Of a stretch of DNA of 32,000 nt, positions 1 through 7,598 are shown piece after piece (the stretch's first letter is position 1; each line of letters starts with the position of its first letter). This DNA comes from Nitrosococcus oceani ATCC 19707 (lineage in GTDB: Bacteria; Pseudomonadota; Gammaproteobacteria; Nitrosococcales; Nitrosococcaceae). Below the pieces are notes generated by a model. It had not been told where the DNA came from and searched no databases. It saw only the letters and a program-made list of their open reading frames with translations. The translations under genes and the position numbers were made by a program. The stretch spans positions 3,000,001-3,032,000 of the forward strand of contig NC_007484.1 in NCBI RefSeq assembly GCF_000012805.1, in the 5' to 3' direction.

Positions 1-1
1 A

Positions 2-712
2 AAGGGTGGCCACCTACTCTGGCTAGCCGAACCCGGGCCTTTACATGGATTAGAACCGCTGGCGAAGGATCTCGGTATCACGATACTACCGGGGACCATC
101 ATCGACCCTAGCGCTCGGCTATTACTTGGCCGTGGCAGCATTACCTTCGCCCTAGTCCCGGAATACGATGATCACGCCATTACCGAACACCTCACATCGG
201 TTACTTTATTTCCCCGGGCGGCTGCGCTGGAGAGTACAAAAAAGAGCGGCTGGAGAACTCAAGCGGTACTTGCTACCTTGGCAAGGACCTGGGTAGAAAG
301 TTCCGGGTTGGAAGAAAAAATCGAATTTGATCAAGGAAAAGATACTGTCGGACCTTTTACCATTGGCTTCGCTCTAAATCGAGAGCCGCCTCCCTCCAAG
401 GAGACGGCGGCCAGTGAAGAACAAAACGCATCTGAGACCCGTACCCAGCGCATAGTCGTTATCGGCGATGGGGATTTTCTCTCCAACGCTTACCTTGGTG
501 GGGGAGCTAATCTGGATTTGGGCCTTAATCTTATTAACTGGCTTACCCATGAAGACCGCTTTATCGCCATTCCAGCACGGACGCGCCCCGATACCACTCT
601 CCAGCTTTCTTCCACAGCTTCTTGGGCAATCGGTCTAGGATTTTTACTGGTATTACCCGCGACATTACTAAGCCTTGGGTTATTCATCTGGTGGCGGCGG
701 CGCCAACGTTAA
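2..712 (+). CDS. GldG-like ABC-transporter auxiliary (Gldg family) protein, 3' part; the gene runs off the left edge
   Basis: The frame of ORF 278..712 stays open back to position 2, so the TTG at 278 is not the real start. The C-terminal region 'RIVVIGDGDFLSNAYL...NLDLGLNLINWL' followed by a terminal TM helix and an RRRQR tail is typical of GldG-type accessory proteins. A DUF4340-like gene follows, as is usual for this family. Confidence 0.65.
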   Translation, partial: KGGHLLWLAEPGPLHGLEPLAKDLGITILPGTIIDPSARLLLGRGSITFALVPEYDDHAITEHLTSVTLFPRAAALESTKKSGWRTQAVLATLARTWVESSGLEEKIEFDQGKDTVGPFTIGFALNREPPPSKETAASEEQNASETRTQRIVVIGDGDFLSNAYLGGGANLDLGLNLINWLTHEDRFIAIPARTRPDTTLQLSSTASWAIGLGFLLVLPATLLSLGLFIWWRRRQR

Positions 713-724
713 AGCAAAATTTCT

Positions 725-1609
725 ATGAACACACGCACCTTGCTTAATTTTACCCTCCTGGCTATTGCCGGACTCCTGGCTTGGGTTGTTTTTTATGAGC
801 CGGGGACTGCCCCTGAACCCGCTTCACTCCCACTCACGTCCATCAATGCTGAACGCATCCAGACAATCCGTGTGGTCCATAAGTCCCGCCAAGAGATCCG
901 GCTGGAGCAAAAGCAGGGAAATTGGTTCGTTACGGCTCCTATCCAAGCACCGGCTAACACATCTATGGTCGAAACACTGCTAAGTATCGCAAAAACTCCA
1001 AGCCATAGCCACTACCCGGTTCAAGATATGAACCTTGGCAACTTAAATTTAGAACCTCCTGAAGCCCACTTATACCTAGATGACCTAGCACTCGCCTTTG
1101 GCACCACGGAACCGCTACACCAACGCCGCTATGTTTTGGTGAAAGATATGGTTCATCTCATTAGCGGCAACGCTTTTCAGGCCGTTGCTTCGGGCGCCGC
1201 CGATTTTGTCGATCCAGCCTTGCTTCCCGGCGACTACGCCATCACCGAACTGCGGCTCCCCCAGGTCATGATCGAGGCGGGTAATCCAAAGGTCAGCCCT
1301 AAACGCACCATTGTGCTACGCCGAACTCAAGAGACCTGGAGCGCCGAAGGCGCCAATAGCAAGCCGGCCAGCGAAGCAATTGCAAAGCTAGTCAAAGCCT
1401 GGCAACAACATACCGCCCAACAAGTCGAGCTGAAAGGAAACAGGGCAACACTGGTTACTATTGAGGTACAACGGGAAGGAGCTCCCCCTATTCACCTTGA
1501 GCTTCTTGCGGCCCTACCCCGTTTAATATTGGCCCGATCAGATTTTGGAGTCGAATACCATTTATCCATCTCCGCCTGGAATACCCTATTTCAGTTGCCC
1601 CGAAACTGA
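725..1609 (+). CDS. DUF4340-like periplasmic protein with an N-terminal membrane anchor
   Basis: ATG start 13 nt after the previous stop. N-terminal TM helix 'LLNFTLLAIAGLLAWVVFY'. Its position directly after a GldG-like gene matches the usual GldG/DUF4340 pairing. No catalytic motif was recognised. Confidence 0.55.
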   Translation: MNTRTLLNFTLLAIAGLLAWVVFYEPGTAPEPASLPLTSINAERIQTIRVVHKSRQEIRLEQKQGNWFVTAPIQAPANTSMVETLLSIAKTPSHSHYPVQDMNLGNLNLEPPEAHLYLDDLALAFGTTEPLHQRRYVLVKDMVHLISGNAFQAVASGAADFVDPALLPGDYAITELRLPQVMIEAGNPKVSPKRTIVLRRTQETWSAEGANSKPASEAIAKLVKAWQQHTAQQVELKGNRATLVTIEVQREGAPPIHLELLAALPRLILARSDFGVEYHLSISAWNTLFQLPRN

Positions 1610-1672
1610 CCTAGAAGTTAAATAATTTTAAGATAGAGAAACCTGGCAAATCACCCATAGCGGACAAAACCA

Positions 1673-2488
1673 GTGCCCGAACTGCCAGAGGTCGAAACCG
1701 TTCGTCGTGGCATCGAGCCGCACCTAGTAGGCCGCCAAATACATACGGTTATTGTCCGAGAATCGCGTCTACGCTGGCCAATTCCGCTCTCCTTAACCCA
1801 GAATCTTATTGGCCAGTCCTTTCTTGCTGTAGGACGCCGTGGCAAATACCTCCTTTTAAGTTGTACTCAGGGTACGATTATTCTTCACCTCGGTATGTCT
1901 GGCAGTCTACGTCTGGTCACTACTAATACACCACATGGAAAGCATGATCATCTTGATATCGTATTGAATAATGGCCGCTGTTTGCGTTTCAATGATCCCC
2001 GCCGATTTGGATCAGTATCCTGGACTCAGGCAAACCCCCTGCATCACCCCCTGCTGGAGATACTTGGTCCAGAACCCTTAGAATCCCTGTTTGATGGACA
2101 TTATCTTTTTAAACACTCCCGTCATAGGCGAACCTCGGTTAAAGCCTTTATCATGAACCACCGAATAGTCGCCGGAGTTGGAAATATTTATGCCAACGAG
2201 GCGCTGTTTCTGGCAGGAATTCACCCTCGGCGATCTGCTAGCCGCATCGGTTTAGCCCGTTACCAACGGCTAGCAGAAACCACTAAAACAGTGCTATACA
2301 ACGCAATTCAGGCGGGGGGAACCACATTGCGGAATTTTTTAACTAGCGATGGCAAACCCGGCTATTTCGCTAACCAGCTCCAAATCTATGGCCGTAGCGC
2401 TCATCCTTGTCCGATTTGTGGAACTCCTATTCGCCTCGAACGCATCGGCCAACGGGCAAGCTATTACTGCACCCAATGCCAGCATTGA
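1673..2488 (+). CDS. mutM: Formamidopyrimidine-DNA glycosylase (Fpg/MutM)
   Basis: GTG start. The N-terminus 'PELPEVETVRRG' carries the catalytic Pro2/Glu3. An H2TH region is present, and so is the C-terminal zinc finger 'CPICGTPI...YYCTQCQ'. The 271 aa length is typical. Confidence 0.95.
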   Translation: MPELPEVETVRRGIEPHLVGRQIHTVIVRESRLRWPIPLSLTQNLIGQSFLAVGRRGKYLLLSCTQGTIILHLGMSGSLRLVTTNTPHGKHDHLDIVLNNGRCLRFNDPRRFGSVSWTQANPLHHPLLEILGPEPLESLFDGHYLFKHSRHRRTSVKAFIMNHRIVAGVGNIYANEALFLAGIHPRRSASRIGLARYQRLAETTKTVLYNAIQAGGTTLRNFLTSDGKPGYFANQLQIYGRSAHPCPICGTPIRLERIGQRASYYCTQCQH

Positions 2489-2617
2489 CAAAAAATTCCC
2501 TCTTTGATTCGTCGAATCTGGCTCCTAGCATATATACTAGCCAAACCACGGGCATTTGAAAGAAAAATTAAATTTACTCGCTCGATGGAGCCTACGTTAT
2601 TTTGGAGAGGAAAATCG

Positions 2618-2815
2618 ATGAATGTACCTAGAATTCTTATTATTGTCGTAATTATTTTTGCATTGATTAATCTAATCGGCTGGCTAACTAAACCCGATAA
2701 TTATAAGCCCCCTCAAAATTACCAAGGCTCCCTTTCATCCATGCAGACCTATGCGCAGCTGATCAATAATCATCCTACTTTGGCACCTACTACAAGCCGC
2801 CAGATGAAATCCTAA
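2618..2815 (+). CDS. Small hypothetical single-pass membrane protein (65 aa)
   Basis: The internal ATG at 2618 is preceded by GGAGAGG (2604-2610). It is followed by a TM helix 'ILIIVVIIFALINLIGWL'. The longer 2504 start has no RBS and gives a basic, non-protein-like leader. No family was recognised. Confidence 0.4.
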   Translation: MNVPRILIIVVIIFALINLIGWLTKPDNYKPPQNYQGSLSSMQTYAQLINNHPTLAPTTSRQMKS

Positions 2816-2818
2816 CCT

Positions 2819-3430
2819 TTAAGGAGTAGGGGCGCCGCCAGGATTGGGCGGCCCTGGCATTCTTGGCATCTGCGGCGCTCTAGGAGCCCTTTGTACGCCA
2901 CCAGGCTGATTGTTGCCGTGAAACAAGATCGACATACGCCGCATATGGAAGGTAATGGTTTCGGAATGGGCAATGGGTGCTCCCGCTCGATCAAGTAATT
3001 TTGCCTGTAGCGTATGGCTGCCCCGATCCACATTAGTCAAGGTATATCTAAGGTTAGTTTTAGTTTTACCTACTGATTGGCCATCCAATAAAAGCTGCAG
3101 CCTATAATCTGAGTCAACTTCCAGGGGCGGTTCTACTTGGAGCGCCACCTCAACTTTACCGGTATTCTCTCGCACGGTTGCATCATCCTGAGGGGCAAGG
3201 ATGCTCAGCCGATGGGAAACCATTGCGTTTGCTTTAGTTTGATCGGCTGCTTCCATGTTTTTAGGCAACGGTGGCGGCGAATAGGTCTGTAAGGGCATTG
3301 TTGTAAGTTCCACGGCGCCTTCCCGCGGCTGATCGGAATACTCAACATTCCCATCCGGAGTGACATACTTATAGATGCCACCTAGGGTAATAACTGGTAT
3401 TAAACCGCATAAAAGAAGCAGTATACGCAT
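2819..3430 (-). CDS. DUF4124-like secreted/periplasmic protein with a Pro-rich C-terminal tail
   Basis: Signal peptide 'MRILLLLCGLIPVITLGG' followed by 'IYKYVTPDGNVEYSDQP', the hallmark N-terminal motif of DUF4124. The low-complexity tail is 'PRAPQMPRMPGPPNPGGAPTP'. Confidence 0.65.
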   Translation of the reverse strand: MRILLLLCGLIPVITLGGIYKYVTPDGNVEYSDQPREGAVELTTMPLQTYSPPPLPKNMEAADQTKANAMVSHRLSILAPQDDATVRENTGKVEVALQVEPPLEVDSDYRLQLLLDGQSVGKTKTNLRYTLTNVDRGSHTLQAKLLDRAGAPIAHSETITFHMRRMSILFHGNNQPGGVQRAPRAPQMPRMPGPPNPGGAPTP

Positions 3431-4059
3431 ATTTTAGAAATAAACTAAAAATGAAGGAAAAGGTAAAATAACGCTTTACCTGCAAATATACTCGGCAGTC
3501 ATCCGCTTTAATTTAAAAAAACTGTTTATCTTTAACCCGGTAACAACCTTCATGAATTCCCCCCGAAGTGAGTGTAAGACTATGGAAGCAAAACCGCACC
3601 AAGGCGGTAAGGAGGAAACTGCCGGTTAAGCTGCGCCTAATTGAGGTACTCGGGGGCGGATGCTTCAATCTCCTGGATAGGTTCTGAGAAAAAATCAGGC
3701 GGGTCAGCCCCTCTCCATGCTTCTGGAGTTATCGAGCATGCGATAAAACCGGTATGGGATCAGGCAAGCACGATCTTGCTCCGTTTGGTCACGATCATGT
3801 TTCCAGACAATAACGGCCAGTATAGCTGAAGAGGCCTTAAATTCTTCGCCGAGGGACTTAACTCCTAAAGAGATTGGTAAAAAGCCATGAAATGATTGCC
3901 TCAATACCTGCAAATGTAGTACCTTTTAAGATGAACCTTTAAGTCGATTCGGGTTTGATGAGCTTAATCTAACCAAGCGCATGAATCGATGTGGAGTTTG
4001 CTGCAATTATGTGCATCTATCACATAGGATTTCCCCTAATTAAGTATGGAATAAAATTT

Positions 4060-4485
4060 ATGAATAAAATAAATTACTTATATTTAATCGCTTTTCTCGC
4101 ATTGTTTGCCAGCACAAGTGTAAATGCCGCGCTTAACACAGAATTCGATGAAAGCGATGTCTTGCTTCATTGTGAGCGCCCCCCGGAGGCAGACAAATAT
4201 CCAGAAGAGGTATTCAATAAAATATTCCCAGAGATTACAAAACGGCTTCAGACCTACGCGAACAAGGGAAAGGTACTGAGAGCCCACTACATGGGTAAGC
4301 TCGGGCAGGGATTCTTTGTTGTCGTCCAGGGAAAGAATGAGGAAGACGCCATCGCCAACGCCAAGCGCATCCGGCAGGAAAATTTGACCACCATATACGA
4401 GGCTACGAAGGATTCTAAAATAGGCCCCCAGCCTGATTACTGCCAAATGTTTAGCATCGGCCCGGTAGCAGTCCTCCCTCAATAA
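4060..4485 (+). CDS. Hypothetical secreted protein (141 aa), no recognisable family
   Basis: ATG at 4060 gives a classic Sec signal peptide 'MNKINYLYLIAFLALFASTSVNA|AL'. The mature part is K/E-rich with balanced composition and two Cys residues. The antisense ORF 4084..4482 has a Cys/Arg/Leu-rich, non-protein-like composition, so the + strand is preferred. Confidence 0.5.
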   Translation: MNKINYLYLIAFLALFASTSVNAALNTEFDESDVLLHCERPPEADKYPEEVFNKIFPEITKRLQTYANKGKVLRAHYMGKLGQGFFVVVQGKNEEDAIANAKRIRQENLTTIYEATKDSKIGPQPDYCQMFSIGPVAVLPQ

Positions 4486-4510
4486 CGCTTTCTGTTAGGC
4501 GTACGTAATC

Positions 4511-4542
4511 CCAGGTCTTGGTCAGCAACCACCAAGACCTGG
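4511..4542. terminator. Perfect 12-bp inverted repeat hairpin between convergent genes; candidate bidirectional terminator
   Basis: ccaggtcttggt (4511-4522), loop cagcaacc, accaagacctgg (4531-4542). It lies between the stop of the 4060..4485 (+) ORF and the stop of glnA (-). There is no clear U-tract on either side, so intrinsic-terminator function is inferred rather than certain. Confidence 0.5.
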
Positions 4543-4607
4543 CGATTCGTTCGGGAAGCCAAAGAAAGCAAACTAACAGCTTCTTGCCATATCCTCTGGG
4601 CACTCTT

Positions 4608-6017
4608 TCAAAGACTATAATACATATCAAACTCGATGGGATGGGTAGTCATCCGCAGGCGAGTCACATCTTCCATCTTTAACGCAATATAAGCATCAAT
4701 AGCATCATCGGTAAACACGCCCCCCGCTTTAAGGAATTCCCGATCCCGATCTAGCTCTTCTAGGGCCTGTTCAAGGGAAAAACAAACTGTGGGAATATCT
4801 TCTATCTCCTCGGGTGGTAAGTCATAAAGGTTCTTATCCATGGCATCGCCAGGGTGAATCCGGTTTTGAATGCCATCAAGTCCGGCCATTAGCATGGCAG
4901 TAAAGGCAAAATAAGGATTAGCAGTGGAATCCGGAAACCGAACTTCGATACGCCGCGCCTTGGGGCTAGTCACATAGGGCACTCGAATCGATGCGGAACG
5001 GTTGCGGGCAGAATAGGCCAATAAGACTGGCGCCTCGAAACCTGGAACTAAGCGCTTATAGGAATTAGTGGAAGCATTCGTGAAGGCATTAAGTGCCCGA
5101 GCATGTTTAATAGTACCCCCGATATAATACAAAGCAGTCTCTGACAACCCCCCATATTTATCCCCAGCAAAAATATTTGTTCCTTCTTTTGCTAGGGATT
5201 GATGGACATGCATGCCGCTACCATTATCTCCTACTAAGGGCTTAGGCATAAAAGTAGCAGTTTTACCAAAAGAGTGGGCCACATTAAGCACCACATACTT
5301 AAGAATCTGTAGTCCATCGGCCCGGCGCACCAAGGTGTCGAACTGAGTTCCGATCTCGCACTGCCCTGCCGTCGCCACCTCATGGTGGTGAACCTCCACG
5401 GACACTCCCATTTGCTCTAAAATTAAACACATGGCGGAACGAAGATCTTGCAAGGAATCGACCGGGGGCACGGGAAAATAACCCCCTTTAATGGTAGGCC
5501 GGTGCCCAATATTGCCAGTCTCATAAACCCGCTCAGAATTCCAGTGAGATTCTTCAGCGTCAATCTTATAGAAAGAGCCGGAAATACTGGTTCCCCAACG
5601 AACATCATCCAGCACAAAAAATTCAGGCTCCGGACCAAAATAAGCGGTATCCGCAATACCTGTGGACTTTAGATAGGTTTCGGCGCGCTTGGCAATAGAG
5701 CGAGGATCTCGCTCATAACCCTGAAGGGTAGTCGGCTCCACGATATCGCAGCGCAGTACCAAGGTCTTTTCCTCCATGAAAGGATCAAGCACCGCCGTCT
5801 CTGGGTCTGGCATCAGAATCATATCGGACTCTTGAATCGCCTTCCAACCAGCAATAGAAGAGCCATCAAACATTTTGCCTTCCCTGAAGCTCTCTTCATC
5901 TGCCCTATAGGCAGGCATGGAGACATGTTGTTCTTTTCCCCGAGTATCCGTAAACCGGAAATCGACGAATTTTATTTTTTCTTCTTCGATTATTTTTAAT
6001 ACATCTTCAACAGCCAT
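4608..6017 (-). CDS. glnA: Glutamine synthetase type I (GlnA)
   Basis: The start was moved to the ATG at 6017, preceded by GGAGGGGA, giving 469 aa '[10 protein letters not shown]...'. Motifs seen: 'KMFDGSSI', 'GSGMHVHQS', '[13 protein letters not shown]', and the adenylylation loop '[10 protein letters not shown]'. Confidence 0.97.
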   Translation of the reverse strand: MAVEDVLKIIEEEKIKFVDFRFTDTRGKEQHVSMPAYRADEESFREGKMFDGSSIAGWKAIQESDMILMPDPETAVLDPFMEEKTLVLRCDIVEPTTLQGYERDPRSIAKRAETYLKSTGIADTAYFGPEPEFFVLDDVRWGTSISGSFYKIDAEESHWNSERVYETGNIGHRPTIKGGYFPVPPVDSLQDLRSAMCLILEQMGVSVEVHHHEVATAGQCEIGTQFDTLVRRADGLQILKYVVLNVAHSFGKTATFMPKPLVGDNGSGMHVHQSLAKEGTNIFAGDKYGGLSETALYYIGGTIKHARALNAFTNASTNSYKRLVPGFEAPVLLAYSARNRSASIRVPYVTSPKARRIEVRFPDSTANPYFAFTAMLMAGLDGIQNRIHPGDAMDKNLYDLPPEEIEDIPTVCFSLEQALEELDRDREFLKAGGVFTDDAIDAYIALKMEDVTRLRMTTHPIEFDMYYSL

Positions 6018-6089
6018 CGAAGTCCCCTCCGCTCTAGGCCCATTCAATAGAAAAAATTATTCTAGCGCGCATGGTGGCACTGTGATACT

Positions 6090-6326
6090 TTACTGAGATG
6101 TTTTACTGACTTCCAAACGCACCACCACCTCCCTGTCCTGTTCGGTAACTTTAAGTACACGATGGCCATTGACCCGGCACCAAGCGGGGATATCGTTCAG
6201 CGCCCCCGGATCGGTGCTGACGACTTCTAAAACATCTCCCGACATTAGTTCCTTTACTTTTTGCTGAGTCCGGATCACAGGTAGCGGACAAAGCAAATGG
6301 CGAACATCCAATCTCCGCACATTCAT
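6090..6326 (-). CDS. TusA/SirA-family sulfur-carrier protein (78 aa)
   Basis: The N-terminal 'LDVRHLLCPLPVI' contains the conserved CPxP active-site cysteine motif of the TusA family. There is a good RBS (GAGGAG) upstream of the ATG at 6326. Confidence 0.8.
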   Translation of the reverse strand: MNVRRLDVRHLLCPLPVIRTQQKVKELMSGDVLEVVSTDPGALNDIPAWCRVNGHRVLKVTEQDREVVVRLEVSKTSQ

Positions 6327-6370
6327 CCAAGTCTCCTCAAGTTAGAGCATCTAAGGGCAATAATTCCCAA

Positions 6371-7414
6371 TCATACATACCACTCCTTGGGGATGTCTTC
6401 ATTAGAGAGCGGAGCAACCGCTAGGGTCTGGGCTACGCCACCGGGGCGGACAACTTTTACCTGCACCTGCGACGCTTCTCGACCTTGACTAAAGCGGGCC
6501 ACCAGTTGACTCGCCAAAACCATATCGCCTTTCTCCAAAGCGCCATCAACCAGCGTTAATGGACCTTTATGACTTACCGTTCGTAGGTGAGTGAATACCT
6601 TGGCATAGCCTTCCAGGTAATTGTTTTCTCCCAAATCCCGCGCGACAATAAGCTTAAAATGGGGACGCGGCCGCAGATGACGACCCACCTTGAGCAGCAT
6701 GATATCGTCCAGTTCGTAATCCCGAGTACTGCGGGCCTGCCACAAATCAGCCAGCTTAGCCGAGTAGTTAGCATCGGTAAGAAAACAGCAGCCGCCCGCC
6801 GGCTGAGCATAACCTTCGATTCCAAAGTGGGCCGCTAACGCCATTTGCGGCTTACGGGAACGCCCACTAAAATCATAAAGCCCATCCCGATCCACCCAAC
6901 CTTCGCGCTCCGGCAGAGTAATAGGGAGATTTTTAGCGCAAAGAGGCCGTAATAATAGATCATGGGCGCCCGACTCGCGAGCTACCACTGGCATTGTCTT
7001 GGCTCGCTGGGATTTAGGACGCTGCCCTACAACCTCACCAGTGATAATGAAATCAAAATTATTTTCTTTCATCCATGCCAGTGCTTTACCCACCATAAAG
7101 CTTTTACAATCGAGGCATGGATTGAGATTAGCTCCATAACCATATTTTGGATTGAGCACTACTTCCTTGTACTCCTCGATCACTTCTATCATGTGTAGCT
7201 TGATTCCTAGCTGCTCAGCCACCCATAGGGCATTATTGCGTTTAGCTCTGTTTTTATCCTTATTGCGAATGGCATGGGTATGCCCCTCCACACAGAATCC
7301 CGTAAAAAAATTGATTCCTTCTACATGAATGCCTTGCTCCTGTATTACCTTGACGGCAAGCATGGAATCCAGCCCTCCGGAAACTAGGGCTATCGCTTTA
7401 TATTGTCTTCCCAT
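6371..7414 (-). CDS. PP-loop ATP pyrophosphatase, ThiI-like thiolation enzyme lacking THUMP and rhodanese domains
   Basis: The PP-loop 'SGGLDS' sits at residues 12-17. The ThiI-like block is 'NPCLDCKSFMVGKAL...FIITGEVVGQRPKSQ...LLRPL', with a further 'AGGCCF' motif. There is no N-terminal extension and no Cys in the last ~140 aa. The RBS GAGAGG precedes the ATG. Confidence 0.7.
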   Translation of the reverse strand: MGRQYKAIALVSGGLDSMLAVKVIQEQGIHVEGINFFTGFCVEGHTHAIRNKDKNRAKRNNALWVAEQLGIKLHMIEVIEEYKEVVLNPKYGYGANLNPCLDCKSFMVGKALAWMKENNFDFIITGEVVGQRPKSQRAKTMPVVARESGAHDLLLRPLCAKNLPITLPEREGWVDRDGLYDFSGRSRKPQMALAAHFGIEGYAQPAGGCCFLTDANYSAKLADLWQARSTRDYELDDIMLLKVGRHLRPRPHFKLIVARDLGENNYLEGYAKVFTHLRTVSHKGPLTLVDGALEKGDMVLASQLVARFSQGREASQVQVKVVRPGGVAQTLAVAPLSNEDIPKEWYV

Positions 7415-7598
7415 AACCTCTCTATCACTGATTTTTGTATCAAAATAGCTAAAGTAAGAGTCGGTATCCAGTTTCTACGCGCCTAACTCGAGGAGAGATT
7501 TTGTTCCAGCACCTAGCTACTCAGTTGAAAATGCTTCTCAATTGCCCCTAAAACTTCACCAGGAGCTATCTTGCCAAGCCTAATCTCTGTCCTATTGC

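Noticed and set aside
2504-2617. The longer 103-aa version of the small membrane ORF
   Set aside because: The upstream extension begins at a non-ATG codon right after the mutM stop, with no RBS. The internal ATG at 2618 has a good GGAGAGG RBS.
3641-3913. Two overlapping ORF-track entries (3641..3829 + and 3704..3913 -), considered as real genes or a toxin-antitoxin remnant
   Set aside because: They have non-ATG starts, no RBS, mutual overlap and no family motif that I recognise. The apparent frameshift continuation on the - strand (to 3637) has no start codon and could be chance. They are reported only as possible debris in a finding, not as features.
4084-4482. 132-aa antisense ORF opposite the secreted-protein ORF
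   Set aside because: Its composition is Cys/Arg/Leu-rich and it has no signal or TM logic. The + strand ORF has a textbook signal peptide and protein-like composition, so this is most likely a shadow ORF.
6075-6090. TGGCAC-tgtga-TACTT, resembling a sigma-54 -24/-12 promoter near glnA
   Set aside because: It lies on the + strand, the wrong orientation for glnA, pointing antisense into the TusA-like gene. The -12 element also lacks the invariant GC.
6327-6370. TTGGGAATTATTGCC on the - strand, considered as a sigma-54 promoter for tusA-like/glnA
   Set aside because: The GG-to-GC spacing is 2 nt shorter than the strictly required spacing, so it is unlikely to be functional.
7415-7598. 184-bp spacer upstream of the PP-loop gene, scanned for sigma-54 promoters, a small ORF (TTG at 7501, 17 codons) and the imperfect palindrome TTGA-N9-TCAA
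   Set aside because: The candidate -24/-12 elements (TGGCAAGATAGCTCC, CTGGAACAAAATCTC) lack a correctly spaced GC. The mini-ORF has no support. The palindrome is too degenerate to call.
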